Both the position numbers and the translations under genes were made by a program. A DNA stretch of 64,000 nucleotides from a virus: positions 11,602-75,601 of the IMG/VR virus record IMGVR_UViG_3300042340_000194, one strand, 5' to 3'. Below the pieces are notes generated by a model, which worked only from the letters and a program-made list of their open reading frames with translations, was not told where the DNA came from and did not search any database. Positions 1-10,298 of this stretch are shown here, in pieces (positions within the stretch are counted from its first letter, which is position 1; each line of letters starts with the position of its first letter).

Positions 1-72
1 TTCCATTTGAGCTGGAGTAAGTCCCAGCATTTCTGCTAGGTACTCGTCGCTAGGTAAAGGTTTGTACCCCAT
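1..72 (-). CDS. 5' part of a probable tail tip/host-specificity gene (runs off the window)
   Basis: ATG at 72 overlaps the stop of 72..467; reads MGYKPLPSDEYLAEMLGLTPAQME; lies after the NlpC-like tail gene. Confidence 0.45.
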   Translation of the reverse strand, partial: MGYKPLPSDEYLAEMLGLTPAQME

Positions 73-467
73 TACCGCAAATTATAGTAAAGCGGACTTT
101 TTAACTGTAGTAGAGGTACTGTCGTGAGCCCTTGGCGGTGATGTACGGCTAGCAATAACTTATCAGGAACTACAACCCCAATGCCGAAAGACACTGGAGT
201 TAGTAATGGGACTAGAGACCATAGCTCTTCATCTACAGCGGCTTTAATCGCAATGAGCTGGAACTCTTCGTATAGATCAGTCCAGCGGCGTTCTCGGGCC
301 AAATTCTCCCATCGGGGGTCGATCTCGGGGGGATCCCTCCCGATCTCCTCCATGATGATCTGGGCCATCCTCAGGCAGCAACAGGCTTCACCGTTGCGGG
401 GGTCGGCACCAATGCGGTGAGGTAGTCCTAGCCAGGGGTGCCAGCCGGTGTAACTCGGAGAAGTCAT
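72..467 (-). CDS. NlpC/P60-like tail assembly protein (lambda gpK-like)
   Basis: WLGLPHRIGADPRNGEACCCL resembles the NlpC/P60 N-terminal motif; position downstream of tape measure. Confidence 0.55.
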   Translation of the reverse strand: MTSPSYTGWHPWLGLPHRIGADPRNGEACCCLRMAQIIMEEIGRDPPEIDPRWENLARERRWTDLYEEFQLIAIKAAVDEELWSLVPLLTPVSFGIGVVVPDKLLLAVHHRQGLTTVPLLQLKSPLYYNLR

Positions 468-488
468 GAATCAGTCTAAGGCTCTAGC

Positions 489-974
489 TTAGGACGACAA
501 AATATTACCAGTTGGGGGTAGATTACCCACGCGGTAGGACGATAGAACACCTTTAGGTACTTGTTGTACAACAGCATCAAAGGGGTTACGGAGATTTATT
601 GAACACTTTTGATCATTCTGGGGACCTCCGCTACAAGCCCATATCTGTGTTAATGCTGTGGTGCCTTCGGTGGGCTCTACACCTTCGGCGGTAGTGATTA
701 TTACAGTTTGTATTTCTACTAACCAACCAGATAGGATGGCTTCGGTAAATAAAGATACTGTTAGCTCGTTAGGTACAGTAACTAATCCGCCGGATGATGT
801 GGCACCACCTCGTTTGGATGATGATCCTGAAACCCCAAAGGGGGCGAATGTGTAGTAAGTACCTTCATACAGTCTGGCTTTGTTGATAAAATAATTTTGA
901 AATGCTCTAGCCGGGATATAGTTGCCAGCTTTATCCACGAAGCGTATGTATTCAGCAAAACTGGATCTACGCAT
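489..974 (-). CDS. minor tail/tail tip protein
   Basis: 161 aa, immediately downstream of tape measure; call is by synteny. Confidence 0.5.
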   Translation of the reverse strand: MRRSSFAEYIRFVDKAGNYIPARAFQNYFINKARLYEGTYYTFAPFGVSGSSSKRGGATSSGGLVTVPNELTVSLFTEAILSGWLVEIQTVIITTAEGVEPTEGTTALTQIWACSGGPQNDQKCSINLRNPFDAVVQQVPKGVLSSYRVGNLPPTGNILSS

Positions 975-3900
975 TAGGTTAGACCTAGGGCTCTGCGGAC
1001 ATTGGGGTCGAGCTGCATACCACTATAGGCAAGGTCGCGCCCCTGGTTGGCGGCTTCTTGCACGCCCTGCCGGAACTCCTTCACGGTGACATACTCGACA
1101 CCATTGATTGGCTGCGGTTCGTAGCGGATGTCTATGGCACCTCCGGGCAGGGACATCGGCCTCGGGGGAGCGGGGGGAGCCAGTGGGGTCAGGGCCGCAC
1201 GGGTGTTGCTGAACATCCCAGCGGTGGCGTCGGCAGGCAGGATCGAGCCGGGGCCCGAGGGGCTGAATAGTTCAGGGCCCCGTTCACCGACGATGTAGGA
1301 ACTGGAGGGGAGGACGGGGCCGCCAGAAGCGCGGAAGCCTCCGAAGGTCTTGCCGAAGATGCCCAGCCCGCCGCCACCGAGCAGCCCCCCGAACCCGCCA
1401 AAAACACCACCCAGGCCCGCGAGGACATTCTGGGTGCCACCTTTGCCGATCTGGGAAAGGCCACCGAAGATAGTAGCCGCACCGGTCGCGAGAGTAACCA
1501 TCCCCCCGAGTACGGTCTGCAGACCAGTTGCTGCTTGGGTGGTAGCGGGGGCGAAGTCTTTGATAGTGTCGCCCAGGCCGGTTAGATCCGTATTGAGGGT
1601 TGTGATTGTAGAGCCTGCGCTCGTGGGGGCGAAGGCGTCGAAATAGCCGGCCTCGGGGGAGAAGCCTTTAGGGTCTAGGCCACCGAAGGTGGAGTTTGGT
1701 CCGGGGACAATGTTGTTTGTAGGATTTGCTGCAATCGCCAAAAGTGCTGCGGTATTCTCACGGGTAGCTATAGTGTTGTCTACTGTAGGGTTGGAAACAT
1801 CAGCACCAAAGAACTTAGCAAACATTTTGGTCATATTGTCTTCCATCGGCTTTAAGGACATATCCATAAACTGCTCCATGACACGCTCAGTCAGAGATTG
1901 ACTAAAGGAGCTGGTAGCTTCTTTTATATCACCTCCAGATATAATAGATTTGAATACACTACGGAACCCTCCGCTAAATTCTTTGGCTAGCTCAGTACCT
2001 TTAGCCCAAGCCTCATTTTGTTTTTTCAGGGCTTTATCAAGAATAGCCAGTTCTAATGCAGCGGCGCGGGTAGCTGCAGCAAAAGCTGCAATCTCTTTCT
2101 CTACTTGACTATCAGACATACCTGGATTATTTTTCTTATAGTCCAAGCGATAGGTGGCTATGGATTCTTCTGCGCTATTAAGCCGTTGCCCTTGAAGATC
2201 GTCTGGGTTTATACGAAGCCCTCTGAGACGGCCAGCTATAGAGATCTTTGCTTTTTCTATGTTATACCCAATATCGCGCACATCAGCTTGCACTTTTTCT
2301 ATGCGAGTAGTTTCAGACGTAACAGCAAGAATTTCTTGACGTGTCTTTAAGTTAGTTCTTAGTATTTTTTCTTGCTCCGCGTAATAAGTATTTGTCTTTT
2401 TAATAAGTTCAGCTTTTTGTGTTTCAGTTAACACACCTCCTTCTGCAGTACGTTTTTCGTTTATAGATAAAAGTGTGTCTTTTCTGACTTTTTCCAGAGC
2501 TACTAGTTTCTGAGCATTATCAATAGTTAAGTCTAGCTCTTTAGGGTTATAGACTTGACTAGCAGCTTTTTTAATATTTTCTAGTGCAATCTTAGCATTA
2601 TTGAGTTCTATTGTGTACTGTTCAGTGCTTTGTATAGGCAGTGCATTTTTTAGGATTGCCTCAAACGCATCTTTTGTTTCAGCTTTGATTAACTGTGCTT
2701 TAAGGTCTTCTATTTTACCCATTTGAGCTTCCAAGCTTCTAGTGATCTTCTCCTGCTCGGAAGCTTGAGTATTCTGTATTTTAGCTAAATCTGGTATTAC
2801 CGGGGCGGTAGGGGGTGCAAGGTTTTGCTTTGCCGAGGGAGTGTCTCTGACTTTCCCATCAGTCCCTACCCACGCCTGGCCGTTCCAAGTGACGGGCTTG
2901 CCATTGAGGGTACTTTTTTCGCCAGGAGCCCTCCCACTGACCATGGTTGGCCCCATGCTTGTCCCTGTGGCTGTAGAACTGGCTAATCCATGTAAGAATT
3001 GATTCCCAGTAGTAAGGGATTGAGCGACATAACCCCCACCTCCATCTGTCCACCTCGGGGCACTAGCAGGCATTGGGATCAATGTCCCTGCTGGTAACGA
3101 TATGTCAATAGCATTACGACTTTGTCCGGGTCTACGATTTCTTGTTGAATCGTGAGCACCTTGTTCAACGGCTAACCGCCTCCTTAGTTCCCGTTGATCA
3201 GTAAGATTTAGTATGTTTTTATTACCGGGCTCTAGTTTAGCAAGATTCGGTAGTTCCATGTACTCTACCCCTGACTTTTGCAGGGATAAGACTATGGCTA
3301 GTGCTTCCTCAATTACTTTCTGCTTGTTAGGTCCGCGTATATCAAGATGGGGTCCAGAAGAATTACCGGAAGATCCAACGCGGAAGCCAGAACTGACACC
3401 TGGGGCGGTCATTGGACTAGCCCCACCACCTGTAGAATTTCCGGTTTCTCTGGCTTTCTGCTCCAACGCAGCCTGCTTCACTCTGTAATCTGAGACTTGC
3501 TTCTCGTAATCTCCGATTTTTAGACGTAAAGCTGCGATGTTCTTCTCCGTCTCATAACGATAATCAGCTATAGATTTCTCCATGCTATTGATTTCGATCT
3601 GCATCTGCCGGCGATTATCTTCAATCGTTTTCTCTCCCCTCATCTTAGTTGCAAGATATTCGTTAATACCTTGAGTTACACTGCGGCGCACCCCTTCTTG
3701 GCCTTCTAAGAGTTTGGTGTTAAGCCGCTCCGCAGCTTTAATTCTAATGTCACCCTCTAAGCTGATAATATTTGCAGTCTTTTGTAACGCCTGTTGACGC
3801 AGTTGGAACATATTATTCTCGTGTGCGCGTTCAAGGTCGCGTAATTGTTTACTAATATCAATTTTCTTTTGGCTAAGGATTTGGATGTTAGACTCTTGCT

Positions 3901-6454
3901 GTTCTAAATCTTTTTGATTAGCGATACGAGTCTGCTCTGCTTCTAGCTTGCCTTTCTCTTCTACAAGCTCTTTCATTTTCTCCGCCTGCATCGTTGTCCA
4001 GTCTGCATTAGGAGTAAAAGAGTTTAGAATAGCCATGCCTAACTCTTGCCAGGAGTTAACACCTCTAGTGGCTATGTCATAGTTAAGATCATTTATGGCT
4101 TTGCTAGTTTCTTGGATTTTCTTTGTTAATTCATCCCATCTGCCATTTACCGTAGCCTCATCCAGCTCTTTTGCTTTTTTAGCTGCGTATGAACTACTAT
4201 CTCCAACATCTTTATAGACAGTAGCTAAGCGCTTAAGCGCGAGTTCTGTTTTTGTCTGAGATGCAATTTCGTCATTTCGCCGCTGGAAGCGCCCAAAAAG
4301 GTCTACTGCAATGGTAACCGCTACTTGAACAAGTGTCATTATAGCTAAAAACTTGAAAAAGCCTAGTAGTTGAGTTCCTATAAAACCGCCTATTGAACTG
4401 CCTAGAGTTTTTATACCATTACCGACGTTCTCTGCTCCTTTCTTTGCCGCGTTCCCAACATCAACAGCACTGAATTTAAGTTTCTCTAAAGCAATAGCCA
4501 TTCTAATAGATTCTATTTCTACATCAGTAGCTGCTTGGTTTGCCCCTCGTCCTATATTTCTAAAAGTAGCAGCTACTTCAAGAATAATTATCTGCAGTTT
4601 AGCAAATTGTGGGAATATCCTTGCAAAAAACGAGGATATGCTAATCAACACTGTGCTTATAGTTTGAGATACTAAAGCTCCTATCCTGATCGCAGTGGCT
4701 ATTACTAAAGTCCCTAACTCTAGTATTTTAGTAAGCGTAAATCCAAGTCCTTGGGCTATAGCTGCTATAGCTGAACTGACCCAAGTGCCAACTTTTGCTA
4801 GACCTGCCCCTATGGCTGCTATAACACTGTCAAACCCTCGCTTAAAGGCTACAAGACTCTGGATTACTGATGGGACAGTCATCCCAATTCTAATCATACC
4901 ATTTACACCTATCTTTTCCAGTACCGCGAACTGTGCGGTTAGCTGACTAAGATACTGAAATAAGGGCTGTTCTATTAGCTTCCCATAAAGAGTTAGCAGC
5001 GTAGAAACTGCAGGAATTACTGTGGCGTTAAGTACAGTAGCCAAGTTAGTGAACGAGTTTACAAGAATTTTTAATTGCTCGAATCTAAAGCTTGCGAATC
5101 CTTCAAACAGTTCTTTCAGTCCTGAACCAACCATTACAAACGCCTTAATCATCTCATCTGTAAACTTGGCAATAGTAGGCCGTAGTTTCTCAATCTCTTG
5201 TTGAACTCGCAGAAACAAATCCGTTGTAGCTTTATTAACATCATCGAATACCCTCTTTTGCGAGTTGTCATCGAATTTCTGCAGGCTCGGGGCGGCCATT
5301 GCTCCCCCGACCAGCCCTTGACCAAGGGCGGCCCCAGCTCGGCCCAGACCATCTGCGATCTGCATAGTCGGTTTGACGACCAGAGACATGCGCCGGTAGA
5401 CCTCCCCCAGGCCATCGAGCAAGGGCTGCAACATGGGTGCCCCGAGTGCGCGGCCCATTTCCTGCTGGATTTCTTGGATGTTGGAGGTGATCCCAGCAAA
5501 GCCCTGCGCTTGAATCTTTTGGCCGGCGGTGAACGCCGCTAGTTTCTTTGTAATAAACTCTACTAAATCTCCTGTCTGCTTCGCTTTTTGGATGTCTTTG
5601 TTTGTAATTCCTAGGGAACGGGCTAGGATTGAGTTGTTGTCAATGTCCCCACGGAGCATCGAGCCGACTTCTTGGACTGCTAGTCCAGGATCACTCATGC
5701 CAATAGTCCCTAGAGCTGCGCTAAAGCTAAGGGCGAGTTTTTTAGCATCTTCGATTGAACCGCCCACCTGGCCAATCTGGCTAGATACTGTGCCGAATAC
5801 TTGAATAATTGCTTCAGAGGTGGTCCCTGCTATGTTTAGTGATTCTCTACGAATATCTTCAATAGCTTTTTGAATAGGCCCTTTGAGCGCAAGCACGCTG
5901 TCTAACGGATTAGTTAGCTCAACCCCATTCCGAAGAACCTTATTTGTGGCAGCTATGGTAGTCTGAGTTTGCAGCATTACTTGCTGTAATCTGACTTCTC
6001 TACCTATGGTTTCCGCGAACATCCCGCCGTAAGCGGATTTTAATATGTTGACACTTTGAGTAATACCGAATATAGTAAAGCCTAGGCGGGCTAGACTACT
6101 AATAAGAGTGTCAGATGCTAATAATGCTCCTTGGAGACTAACTGCTAAGGTTTTGCCTGGAGTAGCCTGGCTGAGCAAAAGCGCGGCTTTTGCGGTTGTT
6201 CTAAAAGTGTTCCCTAGAGATATCCCAATGGATTCAATATCCATCAGAGCCGGAACTACGTTCCTGGCGATGCCGTAGGTTATTTGTAGAGCTTTACCTA
6301 CATCTTGGATACCCTTGACTGTTTCGCTTAAACTCGGAAACTGAATATTAACTTTAATCGGGGTTTGTAAATTTTTTAACTTTCTATCTATACTATCAAT
6401 ATCCTTATGCGTTGCGCTGGATTCACTCTCGATTCTAATTGTATAATCAGCCAC
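974..6454 (-). CDS. tail tape measure protein with internal M23-peptidase-like segment
   Basis: 1826 aa, helical/coiled-coil, hydrophobic central region; C-terminal GFRASGGPV..YIVGERGPELF motif typical of tape measure proteins; follows the tail chaperones. Confidence 0.9.
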   Translation of the reverse strand: MADYTIRIESESSATHKDIDSIDRKLKNLQTPIKVNIQFPSLSETVKGIQDVGKALQITYGIARNVVPALMDIESIGISLGNTFRTTAKAALLLSQATPGKTLAVSLQGALLASDTLISSLARLGFTIFGITQSVNILKSAYGGMFAETIGREVRLQQVMLQTQTTIAATNKVLRNGVELTNPLDSVLALKGPIQKAIEDIRRESLNIAGTTSEAIIQVFGTVSSQIGQVGGSIEDAKKLALSFSAALGTIGMSDPGLAVQEVGSMLRGDIDNNSILARSLGITNKDIQKAKQTGDLVEFITKKLAAFTAGQKIQAQGFAGITSNIQEIQQEMGRALGAPMLQPLLDGLGEVYRRMSLVVKPTMQIADGLGRAGAALGQGLVGGAMAAPSLQKFDDNSQKRVFDDVNKATTDLFLRVQQEIEKLRPTIAKFTDEMIKAFVMVGSGLKELFEGFASFRFEQLKILVNSFTNLATVLNATVIPAVSTLLTLYGKLIEQPLFQYLSQLTAQFAVLEKIGVNGMIRIGMTVPSVIQSLVAFKRGFDSVIAAIGAGLAKVGTWVSSAIAAIAQGLGFTLTKILELGTLVIATAIRIGALVSQTISTVLISISSFFARIFPQFAKLQIIILEVAATFRNIGRGANQAATDVEIESIRMAIALEKLKFSAVDVGNAAKKGAENVGNGIKTLGSSIGGFIGTQLLGFFKFLAIMTLVQVAVTIAVDLFGRFQRRNDEIASQTKTELALKRLATVYKDVGDSSSYAAKKAKELDEATVNGRWDELTKKIQETSKAINDLNYDIATRGVNSWQELGMAILNSFTPNADWTTMQAEKMKELVEEKGKLEAEQTRIANQKDLEQQESNIQILSQKKIDISKQLRDLERAHENNMFQLRQQALQKTANIISLEGDIRIKAAERLNTKLLEGQEGVRRSVTQGINEYLATKMRGEKTIEDNRRQMQIEINSMEKSIADYRYETEKNIAALRLKIGDYEKQVSDYRVKQAALEQKARETGNSTGGGASPMTAPGVSSGFRVGSSGNSSGPHLDIRGPNKQKVIEEALAIVLSLQKSGVEYMELPNLAKLEPGNKNILNLTDQRELRRRLAVEQGAHDSTRNRRPGQSRNAIDISLPAGTLIPMPASAPRWTDGGGGYVAQSLTTGNQFLHGLASSTATGTSMGPTMVSGRAPGEKSTLNGKPVTWNGQAWVGTDGKVRDTPSAKQNLAPPTAPVIPDLAKIQNTQASEQEKITRSLEAQMGKIEDLKAQLIKAETKDAFEAILKNALPIQSTEQYTIELNNAKIALENIKKAASQVYNPKELDLTIDNAQKLVALEKVRKDTLLSINEKRTAEGGVLTETQKAELIKKTNTYYAEQEKILRTNLKTRQEILAVTSETTRIEKVQADVRDIGYNIEKAKISIAGRLRGLRINPDDLQGQRLNSAEESIATYRLDYKKNNPGMSDSQVEKEIAAFAAATRAAALELAILDKALKKQNEAWAKGTELAKEFSGGFRSVFKSIISGGDIKEATSSFSQSLTERVMEQFMDMSLKPMEDNMTKMFAKFFGADVSNPTVDNTIATRENTAALLAIAANPTNNIVPGPNSTFGGLDPKGFSPEAGYFDAFAPTSAGSTITTLNTDLTGLGDTIKDFAPATTQAATGLQTVLGGMVTLATGAATIFGGLSQIGKGGTQNVLAGLGGVFGGFGGLLGGGGLGIFGKTFGGFRASGGPVLPSSSYIVGERGPELFSPSGPGSILPADATAGMFSNTRAALTPLAPPAPPRPMSLPGGAIDIRYEPQPINGVEYVTVKEFRQGVQEAANQGRDLAYSGMQLDPNVRRALGLT

Positions 6455-6484
6455 GGCTTTTGTCGGTAGACCTCATAAACGAGT

Positions 6485-7006
6485 TTATCGCGGGGGCCCA
6501 GACGGGCTCGGGGGGCGGCTCATCCTCATATACACATGTACTGGGATGCGACGTTCTTGTACTAGGCGGTTTAACACATGTTTAGTATTTTCGGTTATCT
6601 GGAGTTTGCTTTCTTCGGCAGACACCCCGGAAGAACTAATGGCATCAGGGAAAGGCAAGAATAAATTAGGGTTCTTGAACTCTGTCTTCGCTTCAGGGTT
6701 AATGCTTCGCATGCCTATAAAATGAACGATACTAGCTAGCTGTGCCGTGGTAGCCGCTGCTATGTTAGCTTCTCGATGTTCTATCTCATCTAATTTCTTC
6801 ATCAAAGCTTCAATAAGCTTTATCGGGGTTCTGATAAAGCGGTGCGCAGGGAAGTCATCCGCTAAGCAGGAATTGCGAAAGCGGATGTATATTTCCCCCC
6901 AGTCGAACTCTGGCTCACTCCAGAGTTTCTCGTAAGAACTCAGGACGGCGTCTATGTCTAGGTCGCCTTCGGCTGTGCGCGGGTTTTCGTTGTTTTTTCG
7001 TTTCCC
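6485..7006 (-). CDS. tail assembly chaperone GT extension, reached by -1 frameshift
   Basis: The -1 frame is open from GGGAAAC (7006-7000) through the listed ORF 6485..6805. Confidence 0.8.
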   Translation of the reverse strand, partial: GKRKNNENPRTAEGDLDIDAVLSSYEKLWSEPEFDWGEIYIRFRNSCLADDFPAHRFIRTPIKLIEALMKKLDEIEHREANIAAATTAQLASIVHFIGMRSINPEAKTEFKNPNLFLPFPDAISSSGVSAEESKLQITENTKHVLNRLVQERRIPVHVYMRMSRPPSPSGPPR

Positions 7007-7509
7007 TCAGTACCTTCGGATTTAGGCCAGCCATCACGCTCCCATAGTACAAATTCCAGCATGCTAGTAAGGACTTTGATTGGGATAATATTTGTTTCCT
7101 CCAGTTCCCATTTTTCTGTCGATTCCCATTCGGCAGTGTCTGGATTCTTAACTTCTCCCCGGTATTGGAGTAACATTAGAGCATAGGCTTGTAGCTTAGC
7201 GGTCGTGTTTTCCTGTGAGTTATTAAGCTCTTCGATTTCGTCAATGTAATCAAAAACAATACTACTGTCGTCTGCAGTATTGAGGTTCTGTAGTAGATCG
7301 ACCGCTTCCTGATTAGTGATATTGCGAGCTATTGCGATTTTCTTAGCTAATCGCATCGAATCATAACTACCCTTCGAGTATTCTTTTTCGATAGCTAAAA
7401 TCTTAGTAGCTTCTGCTGGAGTTAAATCATTATGAATAGGGAACCTGAAAGGGCCGATTTCATGATAGGCGTCAGCCGGAAACAGTAGTCCTTTGTTGAA
7501 GTTGAGCAT
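6958..7509 (-). CDS. tail assembly chaperone (lambda gpG-like)
   Basis: Between major tail and tape measure; slippery heptamer near the 3' end; ATG 7509 (MLNFNKG) chosen as start, ORF track extends to 7539. Confidence 0.8.
   Translation of the reverse strand: MLNFNKGLLFPADAYHEIGPFRFPIHNDLTPAEATKILAIEKEYSKGSYDSMRLAKKIAIARNITNQEAVDLLQNLNTADDSSIVFDYIDEIEELNNSQENTTAKLQAYALMLLQYRGEVKNPDTAEWESTEKWELEETNIIPIKVLTSMLEFVLWERDGWPKSEGTEGNEKTTKTRAQPKAT
7000..7006 (-). promoter_or_regulatory. programmed -1 ribosomal frameshift site G GGA AAC
   Basis: X XXY YYZ heptamer in the correct phase (GAG GGA AAC), analogous to lambda GGGAAAG. Confidence 0.8.
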
Positions 7510-7741
7510 GATGGTGGGGAAGCTCAACCGACCAGGCAACCAAGGCGTTCTGGCAGTTGAGCCATTCGAGGGGTAGATCGACTACCACAGTAGCATCTTC
7601 AGAGGATAGGTGTACAGTCTGGTCTACACAATGAGGTTCTAAGTAGATAGCTCCGACCTTGACGGCCTCGGGGAGGATCTCGCAGTTAGCTGCGAAGATC
7701 GTGCAAATCGGATCTAGTAGCAAATCGACTGCTTTCGACAT
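7472..7741 (-). CDS. hypothetical protein in tail operon
   Basis: Likely start MSKAVDLLL at 7741, after a terminator hairpin. Confidence 0.55.
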   Translation of the reverse strand: MSKAVDLLLDPICTIFAANCEILPEAVKVGAIYLEPHCVDQTVHLSSEDATVVVDLPLEWLNCQNALVAWSVELPHHHAQLQQRTTVSG

Positions 7742-7756
7742 TGGTAGAGGGAAAGC

Positions 7757-7781
7757 AAAGGAAAACCCCCGAGGTCGGGGG
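7757..7781 (-). terminator. rho-independent terminator after major tail gene
   Basis: Minus strand CCCCCGA-CC-TCGGGGG-TTTTCCTTT. Confidence 0.6.
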
Positions 7782-7806
7782 CGGAGAAGCGGCGGGGCCG
7801 CCTCGA

Positions 7807-8835
7807 TCAAGCCGTGCGGAAGCTGGTGGAGAACCCACCCAAGGCCCGCCTGGTGCCGGTAGCACTGGCAGCACCGTTGCTGTCCACAGCCTGGGTCACG
7901 GCGCCGTCGCGCATGATGAATTTGAAATTTGTGGCGGCAGGCAGGGATGTAGTGGGCGTGATGGTGGCCACTGCCGTGGTGGAGTTGAAGGCCACGGTGG
8001 CTGGGATCTGGACACCCGTAGAGGCCAGCTCCAGGCGGAACCCGGATCCATCGGCCTGCCCCAGGCTGGTTTGGGTCAGGGCCAGGGTGCCGTTGGAGGT
8101 GAACGTCACCGTCAGTGGAGCTGAGACCACAATGGCCGTGGCATTGTCGGCAGGGACCGGAGCGTACCTACGAGTGCCAGTTGACAAAGTGGCGTTAAAT
8201 GTCTGCAACAGGCCGGTCTGCAGCGACCCGTAGCTCAACGGTGTAGAGCCTGCATCGTAAAGACCGCTGATGACTTCGCCTCGACCAATAAGGTCGTATG
8301 TGAGGTTCGTCAGGTTCTGCGGATCTACCCCTGGTTTGAGGTTCTGGACAGAACAATTAACCCCAGTAAAGCTGTAGATGTAGTTGCCGGTAGTACCATT
8401 GGCTTGGCCGAGATCTTGCAAGATCTCCAGGTAGATTTCACTGTCGGCTGTCTGAGAGGCTAGTTCGATAATTCGGTAGCCTTCTTCGTAGGCACCACGG
8501 AAGGATGGGACATTAGAACCTGCGGAGAACTCCATGTCCTTCATAAGGAAGGATGTGATGGAGGCTTGCCAGCCAGCACCGGTCTTTCGGCTGTCTTCCC
8601 ACCCACCGTCGCCGATCAGGCGGAATTTTTGGTCTTTATCGGATTTTGACCAGTTGAGGTTCTGGATCCCCTGAATCTCTGTGTAAGAGACACCAGTATC
8701 TAGGGTTGGCAGGGTTACAAAGCCGGCATTGTCACGAGTACCGAAATAACGTGCGCCTGGTGCTAGAGCGACACACCGAACAATAGTTTCATTTGCATTG
8801 TGAAAGCTCTGGCCCACGGCGTAGGTGAATGGCAT
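7807..8835 (-). CDS. major tail protein with C-terminal Ig-like domain
   Basis: 342 aa; tail-tube-like N-terminus; PADNATAIV..LTVTF..ATITPTTSL is Big_5-like; synteny. Confidence 0.8.
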   Translation of the reverse strand: MPFTYAVGQSFHNANETIVRCVALAPGARYFGTRDNAGFVTLPTLDTGVSYTEIQGIQNLNWSKSDKDQKFRLIGDGGWEDSRKTGAGWQASITSFLMKDMEFSAGSNVPSFRGAYEEGYRIIELASQTADSEIYLEILQDLGQANGTTGNYIYSFTGVNCSVQNLKPGVDPQNLTNLTYDLIGRGEVISGLYDAGSTPLSYGSLQTGLLQTFNATLSTGTRRYAPVPADNATAIVVSAPLTVTFTSNGTLALTQTSLGQADGSGFRLELASTGVQIPATVAFNSTTAVATITPTTSLPAATNFKFIMRDGAVTQAVDSNGAASATGTRRALGGFSTSFRTA

Positions 8836-8846
8836 GACTTAAACCT

Positions 8847-9332
8847 TTAGAAAGGGCGGAGGATCGAATTGAGGGAAGTGCCGCGAAAACGGACGGTCAG
8901 AGCTTCCAGGGCCACGTCAGACCCGGAGTTATACCGAAGGTTAGCTGTGGGAAAAAGCCTTGCCATACGGGATTGGACTTCTTTAAGGGTCACTGTTTGT
9001 CTAGTGGTGTCGTCGAATCCGTAATTGGTGAAGATGACTTTCCAGGTAGATACTAGAATTATCTGACCTATACCTGGGGTAACGCTTTGTTCGGGGACTT
9101 CCTCGATAATACATTGAATGCCGGAAGGTTTCCAGGACGACGGTACTTGATCTTTGCCTTCAGCAAAAATACATGGTATTTTCTGCCCAGTTTTTAGCGT
9201 GTAGTAGCCTGGCCACTGGCTGTCAGGTTTAAGCGTGATGTTGTCTGTTAAAAAATATTCTAACACAACCCTCTCTATCGGGTAACGTATGTCAGAGGGT
9301 TCGGGCACGTAAGTGCTGGTGGGTAGCGTCAT
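8847..9332 (-). CDS. tail terminator/completion protein (putative)
   Basis: Size and position before major tail. Confidence 0.5.
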   Translation of the reverse strand: MTLPTSTYVPEPSDIRYPIERVVLEYFLTDNITLKPDSQWPGYYTLKTGQKIPCIFAEGKDQVPSSWKPSGIQCIIEEVPEQSVTPGIGQIILVSTWKVIFTNYGFDDTTRQTVTLKEVQSRMARLFPTANLRYNSGSDVALEALTVRFRGTSLNSILRPF

Positions 9333-9709
9333 AAGGATTTCGCAGCTTTTAGATTTTTAGCCAATAACTGAGCGTACATGGCGGGAAGTTCCGCGATAGG
9401 GTCTCGGGTCCAGGGCCGTCCGGGGAAACGAACGCCCTCGGGGGAAGTTCCGCCTTCATGGACTTCAGTGGAGTAGTCAACTTCCCAAGTTATCTCAAAC
9501 CCTCCTGTAGGTAATAGGCGTAGTACCGCGCTGTCTCGTAACTTTCCTGTAGAGACAATATCTCGGATTTTCGGGTTACTTGGGTAAGCCCATTCAGGGG
9601 ATTCGATTTCTTGACGACATCTTTCATTAAACCATTCCCCGAGTTCGACTATGGTTTTTGTTTGGGCCGCTTCAAAATCATCAGCGATTGAACGGGTGTT
9701 GGCTATCAT
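9329..9709 (-). CDS. neck/tail completion protein (HK97 gp10-like)
   Basis: IVSTGKLRDS..YSTEVHEG..PGRPW motifs. Confidence 0.7.
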   Translation of the reverse strand: MIANTRSIADDFEAAQTKTIVELGEWFNERCRQEIESPEWAYPSNPKIRDIVSTGKLRDSAVLRLLPTGGFEITWEVDYSTEVHEGGTSPEGVRFPGRPWTRDPIAELPAMYAQLLAKNLKAAKSL

Positions 9710-10104
9710 TAGCCACCTCCGGTTACTCGGAATATGCCGGATATGAGTTGCTTAAGGTCTGGGCGTGAAGCTGCGTGCATGCTAAGGTCAAATACAAGCT
9801 CAAAACGCCCTTCTACACCGTTGAGGGTGGCTAGTGCTTGAGATCCGTTTATGATGCGTGGGTCTAGCGTGCTCGGGGAAAGTAGTCGCCCGGATACGTT
9901 GTAAGTGGTTTGGTCAGTACCTGTAGATGACTTCCAGTTTGGTGGTTGAATAGCAAGATGGGCTATGTATTCAACTGTCTCTTCGTTGTAGTTATAGTTG
10001 CCGGTATCTGTGTTTATAGTTAGTGTGGTGCCGGGTACTTGGAATGCAAGTATTGCGTTACTCCAAGGGCTGTAGGCGGCAATAGTTTGGGTATTGGGGG
10101 GCAT
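9709..10104 (-). CDS. head closure/head-tail joining protein (putative)
   Basis: 131 aa, beta-rich; synteny. Confidence 0.5.
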   Translation of the reverse strand: MPPNTQTIAAYSPWSNAILAFQVPGTTLTINTDTGNYNYNEETVEYIAHLAIQPPNWKSSTGTDQTTYNVSGRLLSPSTLDPRIINGSQALATLNGVEGRFELVFDLSMHAASRPDLKQLISGIFRVTGGG

Positions 10105-10298
10105 GGTATCAAATCAGACATTGCTTAATTGAGCTTTCTTTATCATTGGGGTTTCATGGTTGCTGCTCTCCGCTCACGGCTGCAACCTCCCCCGCATCCA
10201 TCGCTGCAGGGACGGCACCGCCGTCACCAGATACCAGGCAGCCGGGAACAGCGCCAGGTGCCAGGCGGTCATAAGGGCGAGGTCGGCGGGGAACAGCA

